From IMG/VR virus record IMGVR_UViG_2836968376_000001: DNA of 64,000 nucleotides; one strand, 5' to 3'. This document shows, piece after piece, positions 48,841-59,919 of this stretch. The notes under the pieces were generated by a model. The model was given only the letters and a program-made list of their open reading frames with translations, did not search any database and was not told the origin of the DNA. The DNA comes from a virus. Taxonomy: Duplodnaviria; Caudoviricetes. The translations under genes were made by a program, and so were the position numbers. Numbering within the stretch: position 1 is the first letter of the stretch; each line of letters begins with the position of its first letter.

Positions 48841-49062
48841 ATGCCAGATATAAAATTTGAGATAACAGAATCGCTTGGTGTTTTATCAGAAAACGCCAAA
48901 GGGTGGAAAAAAGAGCTCAACCTTGTCAGTTGGAATGAACGCGATTCCAAGTACGACATTCGCGACTGGTCGGAGGGACACGAGAAGCTTGGCAAAGGGG
49001 TTACTTTGACCGGTGAGGAAATCAAGAAATTGCGGGATATTTTGAACGGGATAGAGCTGTAA
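48841..49062 (+). CDS. YdbC/PC4-like ssDNA-binding protein
   Basis: GW.KELNL.SWN..KYDIRDW..KG.TL. Confidence 0.85.
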   Translation: MPDIKFEITESLGVLSENAKGWKKELNLVSWNERDSKYDIRDWSEGHEKLGKGVTLTGEEIKKLRDILNGIEL

Positions 49063-49083
49063 ATATAATGTGGGGGTGTAATA

Positions 49084-49284
49084 ATGCCAACAGCAAATAA
49101 TTTTGATGAATTATTTAAAATGCTAAATAATGAAGATGTCTTGTATGATCAACTAATTGGGCAGACGATTGATTACACATGCCCCAACTGCAATGAAGTT
49201 GTGAAGCTTAAGCTGCTTAAGGGGGAAAAAGCTATATGTCCCTCTTGCAAAAAAGAAATAAGCGTAAAGCTGGATATTAAGTAG
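49084..49284 (+). CDS. Small zinc-ribbon protein
   Basis: CPNC..CPSC. Confidence 0.65.
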   Translation: MPTANNFDELFKMLNNEDVLYDQLIGQTIDYTCPNCNEVVKLKLLKGEKAICPSCKKEISVKLDIK

Positions 49285-49326
49285 CTTTGAAATTTATTAG
49301 ATATCATAATAATAAAGTTAGGAGAG

Positions 49327-49809
49327 ATGATCATGTCAAAAATGAAAATTGCAGATTTTTATTACGGCGCGGTGTTGTCCATGCTCTTTAACAGCCATAT
49401 CAAACCGGCGCTAGTTGAGGGTGACGATGACAGGCAGATTTATGATCTCACTACCAATACTGGAGAATGCCGATTTTTTATTAAATATCGCGCCGATAAA
49501 GAAAATCGCAAAACCGAGGATTATAGTAGCTGGGTGTTTAACCTAACCAACAGTGACAAACAGGAAATACTGAGTTACATAGATAATGGTTATAATCTCG
49601 TGCTCGCTCTTGTCTGTGGCGTAGCTGGGCTTTCGGACAGTGAGATTGCAGTTATTGATAAAGATCAAATAAAAGAACTGCTGGCTCTTGGTAAAAGTTC
49701 GATTACGATCAGCATTAAAAAAGGTGAACACGCTTTCAGAATTTCTGTTGGCGGCGGCAGAGAAAATGCTATGAAAATCAAAACAAATCGCTTTGAAGAA
49801 TTATTTTAA
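49327..49809 (+). CDS. Hypothetical protein, possibly PD-(D/E)XK-like
   Basis: DFYYGA.L, F.IKY, W.F, LALVCG; GGAG RBS. Confidence 0.7.
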   Translation: MIMSKMKIADFYYGAVLSMLFNSHIKPALVEGDDDRQIYDLTTNTGECRFFIKYRADKENRKTEDYSSWVFNLTNSDKQEILSYIDNGYNLVLALVCGVAGLSDSEIAVIDKDQIKELLALGKSSITISIKKGEHAFRISVGGGRENAMKIKTNRFEELF

Positions 49810-49821
49810 GGGGAGCATCTG

Positions 49822-49986
49822 ATGGATAAATTTCAATTGAGAAATTATGATTTTGACATATGCCCTAAAACGGATAATCCTATTATACGGGGAGACTGCG
49901 ACAATTGTAAATACTATGCTGGTTTTCAAATGGCTAATGGTTTTCCTTGCGTAGAATGCACCTACAATTATTCGGAAGAGGAGTAG
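49822..49986 (+). CDS. Small Cys-rich protein (54 aa, not in ORF track)
   Basis: GGGGAG RBS; ICP..CDNC..CVEC. Confidence 0.6.
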   Translation: MDKFQLRNYDFDICPKTDNPIIRGDCDNCKYYAGFQMANGFPCVECTYNYSEEE

Positions 49987-49992
49987 TGCACA

Positions 49993-50196
49993 GTGAGATA
50001 TGGTATCAGAAAGCCAAGTCTCAATAAAATGATAAGTGCCCGGACAAGTCCGAAACGGTTTATCCGGCATAATCTCGGCTTAAAGGCACCTCGTGGCTAT
50101 GGTTGGATAACTAATCCAAAGAAAGCCGCATATAACAGGGTTTATAATCGGACTTCAGTTAGCGTTTTTAGCTTATTTAAAAAGTTATTCAAATGA
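49993..50196 (+). CDS. Small basic conserved phage-type protein
   Basis: G.RKPS..K..SART..G.GW..NPKKA.YN.VY..T. Confidence 0.75.
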   Translation: MRYGIRKPSLNKMISARTSPKRFIRHNLGLKAPRGYGWITNPKKAAYNRVYNRTSVSVFSLFKKLFK

Positions 50197-50572
50197 TAGT
50201 AATATTTTGCCATAATCCAAATGTATTATGAATACGATAAATGCCTAACAAGCCGTTTCCCAGCTTACTAGGCATTTTTTGTGCCAAAATTAATATTATT
50301 GCCAGTTTATAAAAAAATATACAAATTTTAGCTTGACATTTTTTTCGGTTTGTTTTAGAATATAAAGCATCATCTGATTGGAAATAATTCCTTATTGTTT
50401 GATCCCCCAATTTTATATTACTAAATATTCTATTTAGACTTAAGCGAAACTTACATATTTATAGTTACCAATTGAACAGTTCTTAGTGTATTTTGCACTA
50501 TAATTCTGTTTATTTGATACTATAAGATATGTAGGTTTTTTATTTTGTCAAAAATTGAAGGAGGAAAATCAG

Positions 50573-50899
50573 ATGGAGAAACAAAATGTATTTTGTAAGA
50601 AAAATCACAAGAGGCTTTTAGATGTTCAAGCGGGTTCCCGATTAATTATCAGGATTAAGTGTAGTAATAGCAGATGTAAATGTAAAACGACTTGCGAAAA
50701 GAAAGAGATTATTCGCATTGGCAATCTGCAAAATGCGTGGCCCGTTGAATATATCCCTCACCGGTGCCCTGTTTGTGGGCAAAGACTCTTTGATACTTCA
50801 TCAGACAGCTGTGGGAAAGTGACCATTAAATGCATCCGATGCCGGAACATTGTTGACATATCAATTGGCGATATTAAAGAATCCGCTTACGCGGCATAA
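50573..50899 (+). CDS. Tandem Mu-Com-like zinc-finger protein
   Basis: C...KRLLD..IKC..C and RCP.CG.RLFD..IKC.RC. Confidence 0.7.
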   Translation: MEKQNVFCKKNHKRLLDVQAGSRLIIRIKCSNSRCKCKTTCEKKEIIRIGNLQNAWPVEYIPHRCPVCGQRLFDTSSDSCGKVTIKCIRCRNIVDISIGDIKESAYAA

Positions 50900-50997
50900 A
50901 ATCGAGTACACATTTTTTAGTGAGCGAGCAATCAGAGCATAACAAAAACTATAGCTAACAAAATTAAGTAATTATATCATGAAAAGGAGAAGATAGT

Positions 50998-51183
50998 ATG
51001 GCTAAGGAACAACAGAATGTAACCTCTCTTAAAATTAAAGGCAAACCCAAATGCCCAATTTGCGGACGACCGCTTAACTTCGTTTATGATGATGTAGGAT
51101 ATGGTCACATTAATGAAAAGTGCAAAAACTGCGGTAGGAGCGCAATTGTAGACCTATCAACATTGTTAGCGGTTCCTGCTTAA
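50998..51183 (+). CDS. Mu-Com-like zinc-finger protein
   Basis: CP.CG..L..KC.NC; AAGGAG RBS. Confidence 0.65.
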   Translation: MAKEQQNVTSLKIKGKPKCPICGRPLNFVYDDVGYGHINEKCKNCGRSAIVDLSTLLAVPA

Positions 51184-51576
51184 AATATTGTACTGAGCAA
51201 CCGGAGCATAGCAAAGCTATAGCTACCAAACGCCAGACAAGAACGTAATTGTTTTTGTCTGGCGTTTTTTAATTTTTATATCAAAATATTAACCATACCA
51301 AGGAGCCGAATGAGCTACCAAGGCTCCCTACAAAATAGAAAATTAAAAACATACTTCGTACAGAGCACCATCCGATAAACCGAGATAGGAGCCTGACAAG
51401 TAGCTGTAAAGCTATGCGTCAGACTCCTTTTTTTGTTTTCAGCTGCTTGTCATGCTCTTGAAAAAATTCAAGAGCTATAAAAATCATTGCAGATACGTCC
51501 CAAATAAGCAAACAGACGTGTTTTTAAGCAGTTGTGTATTAGCTCTTGAAATTAAAAAATTCAAGGAGCTAATGAC

Positions 51577-51981
51577 ATGAAAATCACGTACAAATTTGCA
51601 ACTGGTGAAGCAACCACAATTGAAGTATCTGACGAAATTGGAGAAATTCTGATCGACCTTGACCGTAAGGAGTACAACGTCAATCACAAAGAAACCCGCC
51701 GCCACACCTCATTGGACGGCCTCGATTTTGAAGGGAAGCTGTTTGCCGATGACATTGACATTCCACACCTGCTGGAGCAAAAAGAAACTGTCCAAATGGT
51801 GCGTGCTGCCGTGGAACAGCTCAAACCCAAACAGCGTGACTTGATTTACGCGTTGTATTTGTCGGACAAGCCAGTTTCACAGGCCGAATACGGCAGGCAA
51901 CTCGGCATTGCTGAAACCAGCGTTCAGCAGAATGCCAGAAGGACAAAACAGGCTCTCAAAGAAATCCTTGAAAAAGTGTAG
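51577..51981 (+). CDS. Sigma-70 region-4 (ECF-like) regulator
   Basis: ETRRH.SLD, L...QR.LI..LY..Q.EY...GI. Confidence 0.8.
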   Translation: MKITYKFATGEATTIEVSDEIGEILIDLDRKEYNVNHKETRRHTSLDGLDFEGKLFADDIDIPHLLEQKETVQMVRAAVEQLKPKQRDLIYALYLSDKPVSQAEYGRQLGIAETSVQQNARRTKQALKEILEKV

Positions 51982-52044
51982 GGGTCAGGCCCCTGCCCTG
52001 GCCTAAGTTATGGAGGGTAACAAAACACATCCCTCCAGAAAGAG

Positions 52045-52287
52045 GTGAACGGTGTGAAACATGAACTCAAGATCAGCGTTTCAAAAAAGCCGCAGACCGG
52101 TGGCATCGTCCGATGTCGTAACGTGACCCTGCGTGAGCATGCGCTGCGCCGCCTGTTTGGCGAAAAACAAAAGCTGATCGTTTTGATTCCTGGCGACAGC
52201 GTAGAATCGCTGTCAATCAAAGAAATTGAACCACAAGGAGGTATGACCCATGAGTCAAATAAAACTACTGCTCAATGTTGCATCTGA
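52045..52287 (+). CDS. Hypothetical phage-type protein
   Basis: L.ISVSK.P..GIV.CR....RE..LR.L.G..IPGDSV. Confidence 0.65.
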   Translation: MNGVKHELKISVSKKPQTGGIVRCRNVTLREHALRRLFGEKQKLIVLIPGDSVESLSIKEIEPQGGMTHESNKTTAQCCI

Positions 52288-52567
52288 TTTGCGCAGCTTA
52301 GCAGACAGCCTGCAAGCCGTGGCCGGTGCCACTGATCAGGATGAACCAGCACCGGAAACAAAACCTGTCAAGGAAAAGGTATCACCACTCGCGCCTAAAG
52401 AATCGCCCGTTACGATTGAGCAGGTGCGCGCAGTACTAGCCAATAAGAGCCGCTCGGGTAAAACGGCTGCAGTCAGAGATTTGCTTGGTAAGTTCGGGGC
52501 CGCAAAGCTCAGTGAAATTGAGCCGGACAAGTACCCTGCCCTGTTGCAGGCGGCGGAGGAACTGTAA
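52250..52567 (+). CDS. Conserved phage protein of DUF2800/PolA-type prophages
   Basis: LL.V..DLRSLADS..VRAVLA.KS..G....VR.LL.K.GA.KLSE..P..Y..LL..AE. Confidence 0.75.
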   Translation: MSQIKLLLNVASDLRSLADSLQAVAGATDQDEPAPETKPVKEKVSPLAPKESPVTIEQVRAVLANKSRSGKTAAVRDLLGKFGAAKLSEIEPDKYPALLQAAEEL

Positions 52568-52660
52568 TGGGTCAGCATGGCAAAATAAATCGCGACGCGA
52601 CAGTTGGGACGACACGGCAAGGCAAAGAGCGCGTGAAATGAACGAGAGGAGGAATAACCC

Positions 52661-54256
52661 ATGGCAGCAACAGCAAGAGCAGTAACCGTCATACAGCCTA
52701 CGGTTATTCACCGGATTCCATTCAGCGCGGAGAACCGTACCGCACGAAAACGTGTGGCCGCCTATGCCAGAGTATCCACTGACAATGAAGAGCAACTTTC
52801 CAGTTACGAGGCACAGGTTGACTACTATACCCGATATATCCACGATAATGAAGAATGGGATTTCGTGGAGATTTACACCGATGAGGGTATTTCAGCCACC
52901 AACACCAAAAAACGTGACGGTTTCAAACGCATGATTGCGGATGCACTGGCTGGAAAAATTGACCTCATCCTCACAAAATCAGTTTCCCGGTTTGCCAGGA
53001 ACACCGTTGATACCCTCACAACCGTTCGAAAACTGAAGGAAAAGGGCGTTGAGGTATATTTCGAGAAAGAAAATATTTACACGCTCGACAGCAAAGGTGA
53101 ACTGCTGATTACCATCATGTCCAGCCTTGCACAGGAAGAATCGAGGTCAATCAGCGAAAATGTTACCTGGGGCCAGCGGAAACGCTTTTCCGACGGCAAA
53201 GTCAGCCTGCCATATAAGCACTTTCTCGGATATGAGAAAGGCGAGGATGGTTTACCAAAGATTGTAGAAGCGGAAGCCCAAACGGTGCGCTTGATTTACA
53301 AGCTATTCATGGAAGGCAAAACGCCGTCTGGCATTGCCAAGCACCTGACAAAAAGTGGTGTACCTACCCCATCCGGAAAAAGCAACTGGCCATCTAGCAC
53401 GGTGGAGAGCATCCTCACCAACGAAAAATACAAAGGTGACGCTGTCCTTCAAAAAACATTTACAGTGGATTTCCTTACCAAGAAGATGAAGGTAAATGAG
53501 GGTGAAGTTCCCCAGTATTATGTAACGAACAGTCACCCGGCCATTATTTCGCCCGAGTTGTTTGATTTGGTGCAAAATGAAATGAAGCGGCGCAAATCCA
53601 CGGCAGGCCATCAAAGCGGTACGGGGTGCTTTTCCAGCAAAATCATCTGCGGTGAATGCGGCGGAGTTTACGGCAGCAAGGTGTGGCACTCCACCAGCAA
53701 ATATCGCCGCACAATATGGCAGTGTAACAACAAATTCAAAAATGCGGAACCCTGCAAGACACCCCACCTGTATGAATCCACACTGAAGCAGGCATTCGTG
53801 AATGCTTTTAACAGCCTGATTCAAAACAAAAGTGAAATTCTGGACGGTTATGATACCATTATTCAGTCTCTGACCGACAATACCGCTCTGGATGCCGAAA
53901 GCGCCGCCCTTCAAGAGGAATGCGATGTGGTGATGGAACTGATACGAAAATGCGTGGATGAAAACGCCCACAGCGCCATCGACCAGTCCGATTACCAGCA
54001 ACGATATACCCCGCTGATTGAACGTTACGAAACCGCAAAGGGCAAATTTGAAGCGGTGAATGAACAGCGGCAGGAGCGCACGGTAAAGCGCGAGAAAATG
54101 GCTGGGTTTATCCAAACACTGAAAAAGAGCGCTACTCTCCTCACTGAATTCGATGAGGAACTATGGTACGCGACAGTGGACAGGATTATCGTTCAATCCG
54201 AGCACGAAATTACCTTTCAATTCAAAGACGGCACCGAGCTGCCGTGGATAATTTAA
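52661..54256 (+). CDS. Large serine recombinase
   Basis: VAAYARVST, DEGIS, KSVSRFARN, NEKYKGD, C..C zinc ribbon. Confidence 0.95.
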   Translation: MAATARAVTVIQPTVIHRIPFSAENRTARKRVAAYARVSTDNEEQLSSYEAQVDYYTRYIHDNEEWDFVEIYTDEGISATNTKKRDGFKRMIADALAGKIDLILTKSVSRFARNTVDTLTTVRKLKEKGVEVYFEKENIYTLDSKGELLITIMSSLAQEESRSISENVTWGQRKRFSDGKVSLPYKHFLGYEKGEDGLPKIVEAEAQTVRLIYKLFMEGKTPSGIAKHLTKSGVPTPSGKSNWPSSTVESILTNEKYKGDAVLQKTFTVDFLTKKMKVNEGEVPQYYVTNSHPAIISPELFDLVQNEMKRRKSTAGHQSGTGCFSSKIICGECGGVYGSKVWHSTSKYRRTIWQCNNKFKNAEPCKTPHLYESTLKQAFVNAFNSLIQNKSEILDGYDTIIQSLTDNTALDAESAALQEECDVVMELIRKCVDENAHSAIDQSDYQQRYTPLIERYETAKGKFEAVNEQRQERTVKREKMAGFIQTLKKSATLLTEFDEELWYATVDRIIVQSEHEITFQFKDGTELPWII

Positions 54257-54271
54257 GATTTTTAAAATACA

Positions 54272-54316
54272 ACTCCCGCAGGGCTGGCAGTAACGTCAAC
54301 CTTGCGGGAGCTTTTG
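54272..54316 (+). terminator. Rho-independent terminator
   Basis: CTCCCGCAGGG..CCTTGCGGGAG-CTTTT. Confidence 0.6.
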
Positions 54317-54473
54317 TCATTTATGGGGATTTACCAATTGAAACCATGTGGTGGTTATTGCTTCGTTACACTATATATAAATGATATAATTTCTCGTTGC
54401 CTTTATTTGAGGAAACTTAAGGTGCAGGCATGCACCGCACGAGCTGTGAGCATCTGACAACGGTAAAAAGGGG

Positions 54474-55652
54474 GTGATAATTACGAAAAGAAAAATTGAA
54501 ATAGGCAACATTCAGAAATGGGAAAAATCATCAAAGGCAAATGAAAAACGGCAAGCGCAAAAGGAACGTATCCGGGAGGCTTACAAAAATGGCACTACGG
54601 TTGAGGTGATTCCCGCAAAAGCGGAGCAAAAATCAGATAACATGAGACGCTTGCGGGTAGCCGCATACTGCAGAGTTAGTACGGATGAAGATGCCCAAGC
54701 CAGCAGTTATGAACTACAGCTTCAGCACTACCGGGAGATGATAATGAATAATCCCGATTGGGAGCTGGTGGATATTTATGCTGACGAGGGTATCTCTGGT
54801 ACCTCAACAAAAAAACGTGCTAATTTTTTGCGCATGATTGATGATTGCTATGCTGGAAAAGTAGATATGATCATTACAAAAAGTGTAAGCCGCTTTGCAA
54901 GAAACACACTGGACTGTCTGGACAATGTGCGTAAGCTAAAAGCGCTTGATCCTCCGGTTGGCGTATTTTTTGAAACAGAAGGCTTTAATACTGCTGAAAG
55001 CAAAAATGAATTTACACTTGGCATTATGAGCCTTGTCGCTCAAGGAGAATCAGAGCAAAAAAGCGCAAGCATACGGTGGTCTATTATCCAGCGCTTTAAG
55101 AAAGGAATACCCATAATTCCAACGCAATGCTTATTAGGTTATGACAAAGATAAATTTGGCAATTTGTTCATTATCCCTGAAGAAGCAGAGGCTGTAAAAT
55201 ACATATTTGCCTGTTATCTGGATGGCTTGAATGCTCGTGAAATCGCAAATGCCCTAACAGAATCCCATGTACCCACAGCAAAAAACAATGCAGTCTGGAG
55301 TTCAAGCGCGGTATTAAGCATATTGCGCAATGAAAAATATTGCGGAGATGTACTGATGCAGAAGACCTATACGGTCGATTGTTTCACGCACAAAGCGGTA
55401 AAAAATACGGGTCAGGTTCCGCAATACAGACTGCGTGACCATCATCCTGCCATTGTGCCCCGTGATGACTGGCTTCTGGTGCAGGAACAGCTAAAGCATC
55501 GGAGGCATTCCTCCCAAAAGAAAGAAGTTCCCATTGAAAAGAAGTTTTATGTTCATCGTGTCAAGGGTGGATTGCTTCGTGGATTTGCAATAATCAATCC
55601 AAAATGGGACAACCGTGAAGTAGCTCTGTTTTTACAGAAAATTAAAAAATGA
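54474..55652 (+). CDS. Serine recombinase (no C-terminal zinc ribbon)
   Basis: VAAYCRVST, DEGISGT, KSVSRFARN, NEKYCGD. Confidence 0.92.
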   Translation: MIITKRKIEIGNIQKWEKSSKANEKRQAQKERIREAYKNGTTVEVIPAKAEQKSDNMRRLRVAAYCRVSTDEDAQASSYELQLQHYREMIMNNPDWELVDIYADEGISGTSTKKRANFLRMIDDCYAGKVDMIITKSVSRFARNTLDCLDNVRKLKALDPPVGVFFETEGFNTAESKNEFTLGIMSLVAQGESEQKSASIRWSIIQRFKKGIPIIPTQCLLGYDKDKFGNLFIIPEEAEAVKYIFACYLDGLNAREIANALTESHVPTAKNNAVWSSSAVLSILRNEKYCGDVLMQKTYTVDCFTHKAVKNTGQVPQYRLRDHHPAIVPRDDWLLVQEQLKHRRHSSQKKEVPIEKKFYVHRVKGGLLRGFAIINPKWDNREVALFLQKIKK

Positions 55653-55666
55653 AAGAGGTCAATACA

Positions 55667-56089
55667 ATGTTCAAAGAATTTAATCAGTTTAGTTTTAATG
55701 TTATCGATGTTACTCTTAAAGGCGAATCCGACATACTTATCAATACAAAAGGAATCACTATCAGCAGGGGCGTTGTTGAAGAAATGGGCTACCCGTCTCA
55801 TGTGCGCATGATGATTGACAATGAAAACAAAGTTTTTGCTATTCAGGCTTGCAAACAGACCGATGAGAATGCGTACAGATTTTCAAAACCAAAGGGCGAA
55901 CAGAAAAAGCCAGTTTATTGCCACATTATAGCCATTAGAAATATTATCCGTGATTTGATGGCAGACAGCTGGTCGGAAAAAGATTCTTATCGCATAAAGG
56001 GAATCTATTACAAAGATGCCAAAGCTATGGTTTTTAATTTAAAGGCTGCAACCCGGCAGGAACCTTATTCTGCACCCAAGAAAGATTAA
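55667..56089 (+). CDS. Hypothetical protein co-transcribed with recombinase
   Basis: F.VID..I...GIT.S....EMGYP; GAGG RBS. Confidence 0.7.
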   Translation: MFKEFNQFSFNVIDVTLKGESDILINTKGITISRGVVEEMGYPSHVRMMIDNENKVFAIQACKQTDENAYRFSKPKGEQKKPVYCHIIAIRNIIRDLMADSWSEKDSYRIKGIYYKDAKAMVFNLKAATRQEPYSAPKKD

Positions 56090-56252
56090 TAGCTTTTTGT
56101 ATTGTTAGCAGCAGCCGCCTGAATCGAATTTCGGGCGGCTAACTGTATGTTTGGTTCCCATGTTTTCGATACACTTTTTAGCGATACCTATACATTTTAG
56201 CGAAAGGTATAGGCATTGCTAAATTGTATCAAACTTTACGCCCTTAGACATG

Positions 56253-56297
56253 CGGAGTGTCCTTATAGGATCTGAGTATCCTTATAAGGACACTCCG
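56253..56297. repeat. Long inverted repeat at recombinase 3' end
   Basis: CGGAGTGTCCTTATA..TATAAGGACACTCCG. Confidence 0.8.
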
Positions 56298-56301
56298 TTT
56301 T

Positions 56302-58244
<1,943 letters not shown>

Positions 58245-58353
58245 ACTGTCTCCTTCCCATAGCTATGTAAATATTTTTAAGCCTCCCCGTGTCCCGTGGG
58301 GAAACACCAAAGGGCAGCACCATAGCCGGTGCTGCCCTCTAATCTTGCTCCAC

Positions 58354-59919
58354 ACTTCGGGCCAAGTTCGAGGTGTTGACAAACCCCATCATTCGGGACG
58401 AAGCCATGAGAAATCCAGGGGGAACAGGCAAAAAAAGAAGCGCCTTGGGACTTATCCCAGGCACTTAACCATGCGCTTTAGGTTTAAGGCGGTTGCCGAC
58501 AAGAGGCAGTGATCTTCCGCCGCCTCGATTCCCCGTCTGAACAGACGTCTTAAGTTGTGCATCCATTTCTGGGCCGCAAAGCTGCCCTCACACCAAATCT
58601 GGCGCAGACTCAGGATATGTTTGTGGGTGAATGTACCATCCGTGTCCCGCTGCTTTTTTACGGATTCCTCAAAAATATTCTTTCGGATCGCGCGGCTTTG
58701 ATGGCTGCCACTTACACACTTGCTTAGCATCGGGAGGCCCGGCAGTTTTTCTTTTCGGCTCTGTATACCCGGCAGACGTTGTAGTGCTCCCTCTCAAGAT
58801 TCCGCAGGGTCAGTTGTTTTCCAGCAGGGCAAATAAAGCAGTCCTTTTCCGCATCATACTGAAAATTCTCGCGCCTGAACTCCACCTTGTAGGTTGCCCC
58901 GCCCGTTGCTGCGGGCGTGTACAGCCAGATGCCCATATCGTCCATCGCCCGGTAAATCATGCTGGTGCCATAGGCGCTATCCGCGCCGGCTGCTTGAATA
59001 TCCAGTCCCAAATGCTTCCGCATGTATTCAATGCGTCCCAGGTATGGCTCCGAATCGTTCACATTTCCCGGTGTCACTGCCACATCCACCACAATTCCGT
59101 GAGCGGCATCCACGCTTTGATGATCCAGGTAATGCATTCCTTCCGGTTTTCCGGGCCGCTGCAGCATTTCAGCGTCCGGATCGGTGGTGCTGACCGTCTT
59201 TTGCACCTTTTCGCTTTCCTTTTTCTCACGCCCCGCGCGCTGCGGCTTGATGGCGCCGGATGACTCCAGCCGCGCACGTTCCTCCACTTCATACTGATCC
59301 AGCCGTTCCATATAGTCCGTTGTCTCGCGCTGGGCCAGTACTTTTGTATTCGCCTTAAATGAGGCATTCGCTTTTACATGCGTGGAATCCGTCAGAATGA
59401 TCTTTCCATCCACCAATCCCTTTTCCATGCATAGATGCAAAATATGTTCAAACAGGTGACGGTCACCTCTTTTCCATGAAACCGTCTGCGCCGATTCTGG
59501 GAAATTGTAGAATGATCGGGCACCCGATCATCCAAATCCAACCCCAGGAACCACCGGTAGGCCATATTCACCTGAATCTCCTGCTCAATGCGACGCTCCG
59601 ATTCGATACCGTACAGATATCCCACCAGTAGATATTTTACCAGCACTACCGGATCGATTCCGGGCCTGCCGTTATCCGGGCAGTACAAATCCCGAACCTC
59701 GTCGTAGATGAAGCTGAAATCCACGGCGTTTTCCAGCTTGCGCAAAAAGTGCTCCTGCGGCACCAGGTCCTCAAGGGTGACACAATGCATTTTTATCTGT
59801 ATCCCGTCTCGCTCCGTCAGCATTCCCAAACACATCCCACTGCTTTTTCTTTGCCTACATTATACCATTTTTGCCTCTCCTTTTGGAACTTTGTCAACAC
59901 CTCGAACTTGGCACGAAGT
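58354..59919 (-). mobile_element. IS1182-family insertion sequence
   Basis: 30-bp IR with 1 mismatch at 58354-58383 and 59890-59919 around DDE transposase. Confidence 0.9.
58452..59823 (-). pseudogene. IS1182 transposase with two frameshifts (~59460, ~58735)
   Basis: LVP..H.LR, GRP.IDP, PDHSTIS, DSTH.KANA, ADS.YG, R...EG.F..K split over three ORFs. Confidence 0.9.
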
